Below are positions 12,186 through 24,444 of a stretch of 64,000 nucleotides of DNA, in pieces. The stretch is from Octopus sinensis (Eukaryota), in contig NW_021833113.1 of assembly GCF_006345805.1 (NCBI RefSeq), positions 18,232-82,231 of the forward strand. The letters are read 5' to 3'. Within the stretch, counting starts at the first letter, position 1; each line of letters begins with the position of its first letter. Made by a program: the position numbers and the translations under genes. The notes below the pieces were generated by a model. That model had not been told where the DNA came from and ran no database searches. It worked only from the letters and a program-made list of their open reading frames with translations.

Positions 12186-13232
12186 TGAAAACAGAATGAA
12201 TGGTTTTTTTATGAGTTCAAATACGCTTCAAGCATATTCAAAATGGTAATGAGTTTGCTGTTTACAGCCATCTGATCAGTTCTGTCACCCTGTGTTTTAT
12301 ATATGGTGAGCTGCTGAACAGCACAACCAGTCATTGAACATCATCATCATCTCATCATCGTTTAGTGTCCGCTTTCCATGCTAGCATGGGTTGGACGGTT
12401 CAACTGGGATCTGGGAAGCCAGAAGGCTGCACCAGGCCCAGTCTGATCTGGCAAAGTTTCTATGGCTGGATGCCCTTCCTAACGCCAACCACTCCGTGAG
12501 TGTAGTGGGTGCTTTTTACGTGCCACCAGCACAGGTGCCAGACGAGGCTGGCAAACGACCACGATCGGATGGTGCTTTGTACGTGCCACCGGCACGGAGG
12601 CCAGGCGAGGCTGGCAAACGGCCACGATCGGATGGTGCTTTTTACGTGCCACTGGCACGGAGGCCCATTGGAGTGGCGCTGGCAACGGCCACGTTCGGAT
12701 GGTTCTCTTATGTGCCACCGGCACTGGTATCACAGCTACAATTTCCATTCATGTTGATTGATTTTGATTTTCACTTGCCTCAACAGGTCTTCACAAGTAG
12801 AGTTTTGTGTCCCAAGAAGGAAAGGTATGCATAAGTGGACTGAGGCTATGGGTTATGTTCTCACTTGAACGATAACAAGAATATCCTAAAGAGACCTATC
12901 TCTCATATCAGTTTGTAGTATCTGCCTTTCTGGTCTCTGCTGCTGAAGAGGAGAAAATGACTCCAAAATGTATGCCTCCAATGGTCTGGTTAGGTGACGT
13001 TGTGGGCTCCCTCAGTGTACTAACACCTTTCCACTGTAAGAAACCCAGTGAATGGGTTACTTACCAGTTTAAATATGGTTGAGGCATATTGGAACCTGTA
13101 TCAAGTTTGTATTTCCACAAATCACTGATTTACTATTACTCCAGAATTATAATAAAATATTTTACCTTCTCTGCCGCAGATGAACTGTCCTTCATATATA
13201 TACGCAATAAGTACATTTGTTTCTATTTCTAG

Positions 13233-13381
13233 AATATACTAAACAATCTTCCGTTAGACGATAGCCTGGCATTTGCAGCCCGAGCCTGTATGTTGCTCCA
13301 GATGGTCGCAGTCTTCCCGTTGCTAATCTATGTGTTTCGAGTTCAGTTCTTCCATGTGGTCTCTGGAAATATTTACCCTGG
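13233..13381 (+). CDS. SLC38A9: SLC38A9 exon (149 nt): NILNNLPLDDSLAFAARACMLLQMVAVFPLLIYVFRVQFFHVVSGNIYP
   Basis: tttctag|AAT acceptor, TGG|gtaagt donor. Aligns to human [38 protein letters not shown]...IYP. Not in the ORF track in this frame. Confidence 0.92.
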
Positions 13382-16217
13382 GTAAGTAGACTCATTATTT
13401 TGGCCAGGTGGGTGGGTTATAGGGGTGGCAAAGCAGGCAGGGTGTCTGCTGGGGGTGAGTGTAGGGTGGGGGTGGGGTGGGGGTCGAGGTTGGTGGGTCG
13501 TCTGGAGCGATGGGTGTTCTGTTGGAATGGTTGTTGGAAGTGGGGGCTCTCAGGTGGTGGGCAGAAGAGTATGCGTGGAGGTTGGGGGTGGGTATGTGTA
13601 GGGTCGGGCGGGGGGAGCAGGTGATGGCCTGGTGTTTGAGTTTGGTGGTCAGTAAGTGTGTAGGTCTGGTGTGTGTACAGGTCTGTGTAGAAACATAAAG
13701 GTGTGTAGGGGGTGGAAACCTGGCGTGTGTCTGTCTGTGCTTTTGATGGCCCATGGTGGTATGCAGTCTGTTGAGATGGCTGCAGAGTGAGGAATATCTG
13801 TAGAGGCCTGAGGATGGCGCAGTCTGTAGGGATCCCTGCAAAGCAAGGGGCTCCAAAGGAAGTGGGACTGGTCCACAGGACATTATACGGGGAGATCTGT
13901 ATGGGAGGTACCATATTTGGGGTGTTTGTGGAGGTGTGGCAGGTCAGTCTATTATAGTGGTTTTCATAGGGGTCCACGTCACCCTTGAAGGTCCACAGAA
14001 GATTTTGATGTTAAAATTTAAGTATAATAAATTAGTTACACTTCTACAATTCATGAAATATTTTAGTTTTTAAGGTGTGGCTGTGTGATAAGAAGCTTGC
14101 TTGCCAACCACATGGTCCCAGGTTCAGTCCCATTATGGGGTACCTTTGGCAAGTGTCTTCTACTATAGCCTCAGGCCAACCAAAGCCTTGTGATTGGATT
14201 TGGTAGACGGAAACTGAAAGAAGCCCATCGTGTATATATGTGTGTGTGTGTGTATGTTTTTGTGTGTGTTTGCCCCCACCACCACCACCACCACCACTTG
14301 AGAATCGATGTTGGTGTGCTCACATCCCTGTAACTTAACAGTTCAGCAAAAGAGGCCGATAGAATAAGTAATAAGTTCTAGGATTACCAAGAATAAGTCC
14401 TGGGGTCGATGTGTTCAACTAAAGGCGGTGCTCCAGCATGGCCACAGTTAAATGACTGAAACAAATAAAAGAATATATATATACATATATAATTTTTTTC
14501 ACCCTTATTGTGATTTCAATTATAAATTAATATGTTCTCAAACCGGCTGTAAACTACTGGGGTAGTATTTGCATCCGGGTTTAGCGTGAGAATGAGGATA
14601 TTTGAACATAACTGCAGATATAATCGCCTGTGCCATTTGCCTTTGTTTTGGCTTCGTGTTGATGTTGGCGTTTGACTCAGCAAAGTATATTTTTTTGATA
14701 TACTCTACTGAAGATTCGAAAATGATTCTCTTTACTCTTTACTCTTTTACTTGTTTCAGTCATTTGACTGCGGCCATGCTGGAGCACCACCTTTAATCGA
14801 GCAACTCGACCCCGGGACTTATTCTTTTTAAAGCCCAGTACTTATTCTATCGGTCTCTTTTGCCGAGCCGCTAAGTGACGGGGACATAAACACACCAGCA
14901 TCGGTTGTCAAGCTATGCTCGGGGACAAACACAGACACACAAACACACACACGCATATATATATATACATATATACGACGGGCTTCTTTCAGTTTCCGTC
15001 TACCAAATCCACTCACAAGGCTTTGGTCGGCCCGAGGCTATAGTAGAAGACACTTACCCAAGGTGCCACGCAGTGGGACTGAACCCGGAACCATGCGGTT
15101 GGTAGACAAGCTACTTACCACACAGCCACTCCTAAGTAAAATTACACAATCTATTAATGGTGAAACAATTGTATAGAGTTAATCTATTTTTCCGTTATTT
15201 TTCATTTGTCCTGCTCGCTTACATTCTTGGCGCGTTGAATTTAATTCTTGAGAACAATTCTTTAATGGTGGATTCCCTTCGTGGAGCTATATCTAGCGTT
15301 AGAGTTGACCACATGTGGACTCTCTCTCGTTACTTGTATACATATATATATATATATATATATAAATTTATATAAATAATTATATAGCGAATTATAATAA
15401 CGAATATAATCGTGCTTATGGGGTGCAATTTAACTGGCCGCGTGCATACGTGCATATGTATTTATGTATGGACGTTCGTATATATAAGTATATCATTTGT
15501 TCTGCATATATATATCTGTATTTATGTACCCTTGATATATTCAATTGATGACGGTAAAGCTTATCTAAAGCAAAACCAGAATCCTGGATCTTGAATTATT
15601 CAATAATTTTTGCTTGTATATTTTGTCCCCTGTCTTATCCCATGGTACGATATGAACACTTTAACGTGGTTTTTATAGTCAGAATTTCGACTGCTATTTC
15701 GGCATGTTGGTGTCTCTTAGACACCCTCATTTTTAATTATATATATATATATATATATGTGCATATGCATGTGCCTGTCCCTCCACTTTTGCTTGATGAC
15801 CGGTGTTGGTATGTTTACATCCCCGTAGTGCAGAAGGTTGTCTGTTGCCAACTCTGATCAACCCATCAGCATTCACGTAGTTTGGTCAAAAGGATTGCTC
15901 ATTCATTCGCATCATCTTCAATTAATCATACATTACCATAGGCACAGGTGTGGCTGTGTGGTAAGAAGCCTGCTTCGCAACCACATGGTTCCAGGTTCAG
16001 TCCCACTGCATGGCACCTTCAACAAATGTCTTCTGCTATAGCCACAAGCCAACCAAAACCTTGTGAGTGGATTTGAAAGATGGAAACTGAAAGAATCCCA
16101 CCATGTGTGTGTGTGTGTGTGTGTGTATTTATTACAAAGCAGCAGAAATATCACAAACTGTTTCGTTGGTCCTTTCAACCAACAAAACAAAACCATTTTC
16201 AAATGTGTATCCATTAA

Positions 16218-16576
16218 CCCTTTAGTATTTAAACCGGCCATCATCATCATCATCATTAAGCGTTCACTTTCCATGCTAGCATGGGTTGGACGGTTCAACT
16301 GGGGTCTGTGAAGCCAGAAGGCTGCACCAGGCCGTCTGATCTGGCAGTGTTTCTATGGCTGGATGCCCTTCCTAATGCCATATCCGGCCAAAATAGTTAA
16401 TCTGTTTTATGTTCAAACTGACCAGATCCAGGCCCTCACACCTACCCTACAATGTTATTCTACATTAAGTAATTACACCATCAAGATCTTGAAGATATGA
16501 GATAATGCATGATTAATTCAAATCAATGGGAATCAATAGGCATTATGTTTGATAGAATAATCTGAACACTAAAGGG
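16218..16576. mobile_element. Second piggyBac-like MITE family with a nested family C element
   Basis: TTAA|CCCTTTAGT...ACTAAAGGG|TTAA. The family C tail at about 16240-16420 interrupts it. Confidence 0.7.
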
Positions 16577-17060
16577 TTAAACTAATTTCAGGTTTGCTTA
16601 TAACCTTGTTTTTGTTCCATTCTAAACAAAACTGTCTGACAAACGGGAACATGAAACTCTGAGTAACAGCTTTTGTTATATTTCTGCTGCTTTTAAATGA
16701 AGCATATTACTCTACCTCTGGTATTTGAGTACTATTTTTTCACCTGGTATATATTGGCACCTGTGCAGGTGGCACGTAAAAAGCACCCACTACACTCACG
16801 GAGTGGTTGGCGTTAGGAAGGGCATCCAGCTGTAGAAACATTGCCAGATTAGACTGGAGCCTGGTGCAGCCTTCTGGCTTCCCAGATCCCCGGTCGAACC
16901 GTCCAACCCATGCTAGCATGGAGAACGGACGTTAAACGATGATGATGATGATATATATATATAGATCAGCAACAATTTAGATTCAAATGAATATGGTACT
17001 TAATTTAGATGCACCAGAATTTTGTATGGTGTTACCCATAAAATTATGCGGGGTGATTAT

Positions 17061-17376
17061 AATCAAAAATAAGCAACAAGAATGAATCCGGTAATTTAGT
17101 ACAATTGTTTCATACTACAACATTTTATTAAAAGCTGTAAATATTACAGCAGATTTAAGATGCCGAGTAATCTTCAGCTAATTTTATTATTTACCTTCCC
17201 TAAGATGTTATTAATTGATCTGAGAACTTTATATTATTGGAAAACCTATATAAAATTAGCTGAAAATTACTCGGCATCTTAAATCTGCTGTAATATTTAC
17301 AGCTTTCAATAAAATGTTGTAGTATGAAACAATTGTACTAAATTACCGGATCCATTCTTGTTGCTTATTTTTGATT
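17061..17376. repeat. Inverted repeat, arms about 125 bp, spacer about 65 bp
   Basis: aatcaaaaataagcaacaagaatg...ttcagctaatttta / taaaattagctgaa...cattcttgttgcttatttttgatt. Confidence 0.92.
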
Positions 17377-17882
17377 TTATGTATGTATTTATGGATGTGT
17401 GTATGTATATGTGTGTTTTTGTGTGTGTTTGTACCCCACCATCGTTTGACAACTGGCGTTGGTGTATTGACATTTGTAACTTAGCAGTTCAGCAAAACAG
17501 ATTGATTGGATGAGTACCAGGCTTAACAAATACGTACCGGGGTCAATCCATTCAACTAAAAGCCTTCAAGGTGGTGCTCTAGCATGGCTGCAGCTTAATG
17601 ACTGAAACAAAAGATAAGAATCTTTTGATGAGGCACCTGTTAACGTTTCCGGATGACATTGTAGGGTACGTGTAAGAGGCCAGATCTGACTGGTTTGAGC
17701 ATAAAACCAGTGGAATATTTCGTGCAGATATGACTGGATTAAATGCTTAAAAGCGTTCCAACCATGACCTTCCCATTTTTTTCTAGAAATGATCAACACT
17801 CTTTTTTTTGCTTTCTTCCTCTCTCTGAGTGGTTAATGGATAAAGGCCACCGCATCACAGTCTTCTCCCTTATTTATTTCAG

Positions 17883-17972
17883 GGTACTCAAAGTGGTCCT
17901 TATGAATCTACTCATGTGTGCAATCAGCATCCTGTTTGCGTGTTTCCTGCCTAAAATTGGGAAAGTCATCGG
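17883..17972 (+). CDS. SLC38A9: SLC38A9 exon (90 nt): VLKVVLMNLLMCAISILFACFLPKIGKVI
   Basis: tttcag|G acceptor, CGG|gtaagt donor, phase 2-2. Aligns to human [26 protein letters not shown]. Confidence 0.9.
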
Positions 17973-18767
17973 GTAAGTTGCTATCTTCCTCTCCCTGAAC
18001 TATGCACACTCACATCTCACAATTACTATATTACTCGATCACAACCACCACCAGCATTACTAAACAGATTGAAACAGCTGTGTGGTCAGAAGTTGGCTTT
18101 CCAACCACATGGTTCCAGGTTCAGGGCTCAGTGGTTAGCGCGTCGAGCTTAAGTCGTGAGGTTGTGAGCTCAAATCCCTGACCGGGCTGCGTGTTGTGTT
18201 CTTGAGCAAGACACTTTATTTCATGTTGCTCCAGTTCACTCAGCTGTAGAAATGAGTTGCGACCTCACTGGTGCCAAGGTGTATCGGCCCCTTTGTCTTT
18301 CCCTTGGATAACCCTGGTGGCGTGGAGAGGGGAGGCCGGGATGCATGGGCGACTGCTGGTCTTCCATAAACCACTTTGCCCAGACTTGCGATTAGGAGGG
18401 TAACTTTCTAGGTGCAATCCCATGGTCAGTGTCGTGACCGAAGGGGGTCCCGATCCCACTGAGTGCTACCTTAAATCCTTTAAAATGTTTCAGCCCGAAG
18501 GCCGCGGCCATGCTGGGGCACCACCTTGGGCAATTATCTTCTTCTATAACTTCAAGGCCAACCAAAGCCCTGGATTTGGTAGACAGAAATGGAAAGAAAC
18601 ATGTCATATAGTCTTTCTTTCACTTGTTTCAGTCATTTTGAACGTGGCCATGCTGGAGCACCACCTTAAAGAGTGTTAGTCACAAATATCAACCCAAGGA
18701 CTTATTCCTTGTAAGCCTAGTGGGGGGGGGAGACAAACATAAACACACACTATATATATATATATGA

Positions 18768-19400
18768 CTAGCAGTATCGCCCAGCGTTGCTCGGGTTTGT
18801 AAGGGAAATAACTCTATAAGCATTTTTAGAGATGTAAAGTATAATAGCCATCTCAATATGGCTAACCACAAAGGGGGGGGGGGGTTACTCTAGCCCCAGG
18901 ACGACACCTAAAGCCAGCTGGAGGAGGTGACCTCCTGGGGCTACAAACTACAGTAGCATCCACCCATAGGGGTTTGTAGCCCCAGGAGGACACCTAAAGC
19001 CAGCTGGAGGAGGAGGTGTCCTCCTGGGGCTACAAACTACAGTAGCATCCACCCTTAGGGGTTTGTAGCCCCAGGACGACACCTAAAGCCAGCTGGAGGA
19101 GGTGTCCTCCTGGGGCTACAAACTACAGTAGCATCCACCCTTAGGGGTTTGTAGCCCCAGGACGACACCTAAAGCCAGCTGGAGGAGGTGTCCTCCTGGG
19201 GCTACAAACTACAGTAGCATCCACCCATAGGGGTTTGTAGCCCCAGGAGGACACCTAAAGCCAGCTGGAGGAGGTGTTCTCCTGGGGCTACAAACTACAG
19301 TAGCATCCACCCTTAGGGGTTAGCCATATTTAAATGGCAAACATACGTCACGAAAAATAAGAAAAAAAAGTGGAAATTTTACCGGTGAGTGTGTTAAATA
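18768..19400 (-). mobile_element. Helitron-like element containing an 86-bp hairpin minisatellite; 5' end not resolved
   Basis: a|ctagcagtatcgcccagcgttgctcggg is the reverse complement of the Helitron hairpin plus CTAG|T. It shares gtttgtaaggg(a)aataact with the copy at 60041. Confidence 0.65.
18886..19320. repeat. 86-bp minisatellite, 5 units, each with an internal 23-bp inverted repeat
   Basis: gtttgtagccccagga(g/c)gacacc-17 nt-ggtgtcctcctggggctacaaac. Unit starts at 18972, 19061, 19147 and 19233, plus a partial unit from 18886. Confidence 0.92.
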
Positions 19401-19536
19401 ATAAGGCACAAAAAGAAAATGACTCTCTCCCCAGACGCAACAAAAAATGCTTCAACACACGAATTCCTATAAAGAATCTTGTAAACCAAATCCCAAAACC
19501 GAAATAATGCTGTTGTTGTTGTTCTTCTTCTTACAG

Positions 19537-19711
19537 GTTTGTCGGAGCCTTCTGCGGTTTCTCCTACGCCCTTGGCTTGCCTTTCCTCATCCATCTTATT
19601 TCCCTTTATGAGAAACATCAACTTACCTGGCACTCGTTCTTCATCCACACGTTCTTCATTTTGCTCGGATTTGCAAATTTCATTGCACAGTTTTTTATCT
19701 CCGGACACTGA
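19537..19711 (+). CDS. SLC38A9: SLC38A9 last coding exon: FVGAFCGFSYALGLP...LTWHSFFIHTFFILLGFANFIAQFFISGH*
   Basis: ttacag|G acceptor, TGA at 19709-19711. Matches the human C-terminus (GAACG...LTW...LGVANLIVQFF). Confidence 0.93.
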
Positions 19712-19820
19712 AGAGGGCAACAAAGAGCAACAACCTCGCCTTCTCTTCTTTCTACCTTCTTTGAGTATAGTGCGTGCGTGCGTGTGTGTGTACATATATA
19801 TAAGATAAATATGTGTATTC

Positions 19821-19875
<55 letters not shown>

Positions 19876-22020
19876 TGTTTTAAATACATATATTTACTCA
19901 TGCAAACACACACGTGTGTGTGTGTGTGTACATATATAAGATAAATATGTGTATTCATATATATGTGTGTGTTTATATAAATATATATATATATACACAC
20001 AGATACATACAGCTGTGTGTGTATATATATAGATACATATATGGTGGGGTATATAATGTAAAATATATGGTTGTGTATGAATTTGCGTGTGTATACATGT
20101 GTGTGAATAAATATATATATATATATACATACACACACACACACACACATGCATGTGTGATTATTTTTATATGCTTGTTCAGTATATATATCTTTTCACA
20201 CACAGTATATATATCTTTTCATGTGAGATTGTATGCAGATATATACTTATCAAAAACTTTTTTAGAAAGGGTTCCTGATACAATCAGAATATTAAAAAAA
20301 AAAGAAATTTTCTTCAATTAAAACTGATTAATCACATTTTTTTTTTCCAAAACAGACCTGATAGAAGAAAGGTTTTTAAGATTTCCTTGTTTCTAACTGG
20401 CACAAATATCCTCCTGTCTTAAGATCTAACTAGCTAGATCTGGCTTTTCAAACCTACCCTACACTGCATGTATGTATGATGTGATCAACCAGATTATCAG
20501 CTGTTGTACATCACTGGAGACAACACGCTTTGCATCATTTTAGCTTTTGGATGATGCTGGCTAAATGCACAAGCCAACACCCACCATCTGATCAGAAGGG
20601 TAGCCCACCACAGGGACACTCAGCTACAGCTGAGTGGACAGGAGTAGCATGAAATGAAATGTCTTGCTCAAGAGCGCAATGCAAAGCCAGCCTGGGTATT
20701 GAAACCACATTCATGAGGACAGCATCAGTTTGATTTTTTTTAAACACTACAATTGTTTCATTGCAACGCAGTTCTCCAAGCATGCAGGTACTTGATTATG
20801 TAACTGTTTTCTTGCATTATTAAATCGAGTTGTTTCCTCAGGCGATAGATAGGTAAATATTGTCTCCATAAGTTCAAAATCTCGGCTTCAAGATTTACAT
20901 GTTTCCTGACGGACGAAGCACAGATCTCATAATGAAAGGAGACAGTTGCATAATCAAGTACCTGCACGGCTGGGGAAGTGTGTTGCGTAGCTACAATTGT
21001 AGTGATTAAAAAATGAATGCCCAGCCAGACTCCTTCTTGTTGACTCCAAATTTTTTCAGTTATCTATTCACACGTGGCAGAAGCCGAAACACAAACCTGG
21101 AAGTACATAGAATACTCCTACTGGATAGCACAGGGTGAAATCCAAAGGTGAATAAGCTTTATACACTACTACGTTCTTAAAAGAACATATATATATATCG
21201 AGAGAGAGAGAGTTGTATGTGTGGATTTCTATTATATATACACACACTATTTTTATATTTATATTTTTATGCACATCAATTAATAATAGAGATTTTTATA
21301 CATGTATTATGAACGCAAAATTTCTAAACAATACTCCGAGTGAATATATATATATATGCATCATATGTCTATATATTTATGTAATGTGTTCATATATGGT
21401 ATGTATATACTTACAATATAAATGTAATGTTCATATATAATATATAAACATAGAATATATATGTAAAATGCATATACAATACATATATAAAGTACATTAC
21501 ATGGCTATATATATATATCATTATACACACATCCAGTATGTAAAACAAGAGCACCTCAGACCAACAATAAAGTGTATGTATATGTGTGTGTATATGTATG
21601 CATGTGTATATATATATATATATATATACACACACGTTTATGTGTATGTATACAAATGTGTGTATATATACATATTTGTGTATGTATACAAATGTGTGTG
21701 TGTGTATATATATATACATGTTTATGTGTATGTATACAAATGTGTGTTTTGTATATATATATATATATATATATACATGTTTATGTGTAAGTATACAAAT
21801 GTGTGTGTGTATATATATACACACATTTATATGTATGTATACAATGTGTGTGTATATATATATACACATGTTTATGTGTATGTATACAAATGTGTGTGTA
21901 TATATACATATTTGTGTATGTATACAAATGTGTGTGTGTATATATATATATATACATGTTTATGTGTAAGTATACAAATGTGTGTGTGTATATATATACA
22001 CACATATGTATGTATACAAA

Positions 22021-22065
<45 letters not shown>

Positions 22066-23383
22066 GTTTATGTGTATGTATACAAATGTGTGTGTGTGTA
22101 TATATATACACACACACACACAATTATATTCAGACTCACATGCACAAAGTGGCAGGGAAGGGTTACACTCTCGGTAACGAGGTGGTACTAGCACAACCAC
22201 TAACGAGCTACTAATTTTAATTTTCAACTGTCTCTTTTTTTTTTTTTTCACATGATCGAACAACCTTAATGAAAATAAACTGTGATAATTAAATTCTAAT
22301 GCATTGTTTGAGTTTTTGTTTTTTTTCATTTTTGAGTTTTTGTTTTGTTTTTGCCCCCTCTCAGACCTGGGCCCCCGTGTGTCTAACGCCACCCCCTGCA
22401 CCTGGCAGGTAAACCAATGGACAGAATGACTATGAGAGCTATATAATAATCTGCTTACTTTACTTACTTACTTTTACTTTGTTTCAGTCATTTGACTGCG
22501 GCCATGCTGGAGTACCGCCTTTAGTCGTGGTGGTGGTGGTGGTTAGGGTAATGATAATGATGGAAGTGGTGATGGTGACTATGATGATGATGATGAAAAT
22601 GCACTGGACAGACAGACAGAAAATGGGTGACTGACCATACATATAGATATACATACATACATAGTAGTTCAATACCTCACAGTTCAGGGTTCAAATTGCA
22701 CCAAAGCCTCCCCCATGTAACCCTATGCAAAAAAGAAGAGAAAAACAATAAACCAGGTCTGGACTTTTAATTAATAATAATAAACGTAATAACAATAATA
22801 ATAATGGTTTCAGATTTTTTCCACAGCAATTTTGAGATAGGGGATTAGTCGACTACATTGGCCCCAGTGCGTAACTGGTACTTATTTTATCGACCCAGAA
22901 AGGATGAAAGGCAAAGTTGACCTTGGTGGAATTTGAACTCAGAACGTAGTGATGGACAAAATGCCCAGCGTGCTAACGATTCCACCAGTTCACCACCTGA
23001 GAGAGAGATAGAAATTATAACAATGGTTTCAAATTTTGCCACAAGTTTTGGGGGAAGGGACATGTCAATTACATCAACCCCAGTGCGTAACTGGTACTTA
23101 TTTTATCGACCCTGAAAGGATGAAAGGCAAAGTTGACCTTGGTGGAATTTGAACTCAGAACATAAAGATGGGCGAAATACTGCTAAGTATTTCGTCCAGC
23201 ATGTTAACGATTCTGCCAGCGTGCCACCTTAAAGAGAGGAATAATAACAATAATGACAGGTAACAATAAGTGCGACTCTACAGATCTGTTGTGGGTTGAG
23301 GCCCCTTACAGCATTACGTATCTTTCATGACTCAAGGCCCTAATCAAGGTAAAAAAAGGTTAAGTCCTGTTGCTACAATTGTT

Positions 23384-23578
23384 TCATGAGAGCTGTGAGG
23401 CCCGTCTCTTGAGGGGGTCGGGTTCCTTCAGGGATTCTTCCAGTAGGGGTTGATAACTCTGAAAGAACTCCCTCATGTTCTTGCAGTTGATGTTGATACA
23501 GCTGGGGCAGCGGAGCGAGAGCTGAGTGGAGACACATTTCCCTGACACCAGGTGGCTCTTCACGACATCAGCCAAGGC
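23384..23578 (-). CDS. FECH: FECH last coding exon: ALADVVKSHL...LRCPSCININCKNMREFF...KRRASQLS*
   Basis: cttgcag acceptor, TGA at 23386-23384. CPSC-x4-C corresponds to the C-terminal [2Fe-2S] ligands (human Cys403/406/411). The ten exons sum to 1251 nt = 416 aa plus stop. Confidence 0.95.
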   Translation of the reverse strand, partial: ALADVVKSHLVSGKCVSTQLSLRCPSCININCKNMREFFQSYQPLLEESLKEPDPLKRRASQLS

Positions 23579-23614
23579 CTGCAAGAAGATGGATAAACAC
23601 GTAAGAATGCATCT

Positions 23615-23657
<43 letters not shown>

Positions 23658-23772
23658 CTAACAAGCAAATAGACATCCCTCTTCATACAGTTTTATCTGT
23701 GTGGACGTGACCGGCAGCTGTGGTGGGCATGTCTACAAGGCATCCCAACTAAATCCGAGATTAAGTGTTTAA

Positions 23773-23994
23773 CCCTTTCGTTACTGTATTTATTTTGAGA
23801 TGCTCTGAGTTTCTTTCAATTAATTTTAAATATAACAAAGAATTTAGTAAAATAATGTAATTATCATTAAGCTTGTGTTAGGAACATAAATTGTGACTAA
23901 GGTTTGGTGGAAGATTTTAATTCAAACTTATGGAAAACAAGACATTTGTACCACAGAACCAGAGGTGGTTTCAGCCGGGTTGGTATCAAAAGGG
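23773..23994. mobile_element. piggyBac-like MITE (222 bp, TTAA TSD)
   Basis: TTAA|CCCTTT...AAAGGG|TTAA. Same family at 43127-43348 (222 bp), about 28585-28772 (truncated) and 54404-54620 (opposite orientation). Confidence 0.8.
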
Positions 23995-24387
23995 TTAAAA
24001 ACACCTCTACATTTGGACAGATGGACATTAGAAGGAACTGAGAGGGTGTGAATTGAAGAAAATTTAGGCTATTATTGCTTGATAACCGATGCTTGTGTGT
24101 TTACGTCCCCGTAACTTAGCGGTTCGGCAAAAGAAACTGATAGAATAAGTACTGGGCTTACAAAGAATAAGTCCCGGGGTCGATTTGCTCGATTAAAGGC
24201 GGTGCTCCAGCATGGCCGCAGTCAAATGGCTAAAACAAGTAAAAGAGTAAAAGAGTTACTGTATGCCAACTTTTGCACCCCACTGTGTGTGTTTGTGTGT
24301 GATAACGCATACATCCACCCATACACACAAACATATACATTGTTTTCTCTATAAGCTTGTAAAGGTTTTAAGGAGTTAGCATCTTAC

Positions 24388-24444
24388 CTCAATAAAAGTT
24401 GAACTGTCATTCAGGGACTTTGATCTCTTGATGTTAGCACCAAC
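24388..24444 (-). CDS. FECH: FECH coding exon 9 (57 nt): VGANIKRSKSLNDSSTFIE
   Basis: tttcag acceptor, GAG|gtaaga donor, phase 0-0. Aligns to human [20 protein letters not shown]. Confidence 0.9.

Noticed and set aside
18886-19320. CRISPR-like appearance (regularly spaced palindromic repeats)
   Set aside because: The intervening sequences are identical rather than unique spacers, there are no cas genes, and the context is a eukaryotic intron inside a Helitron.
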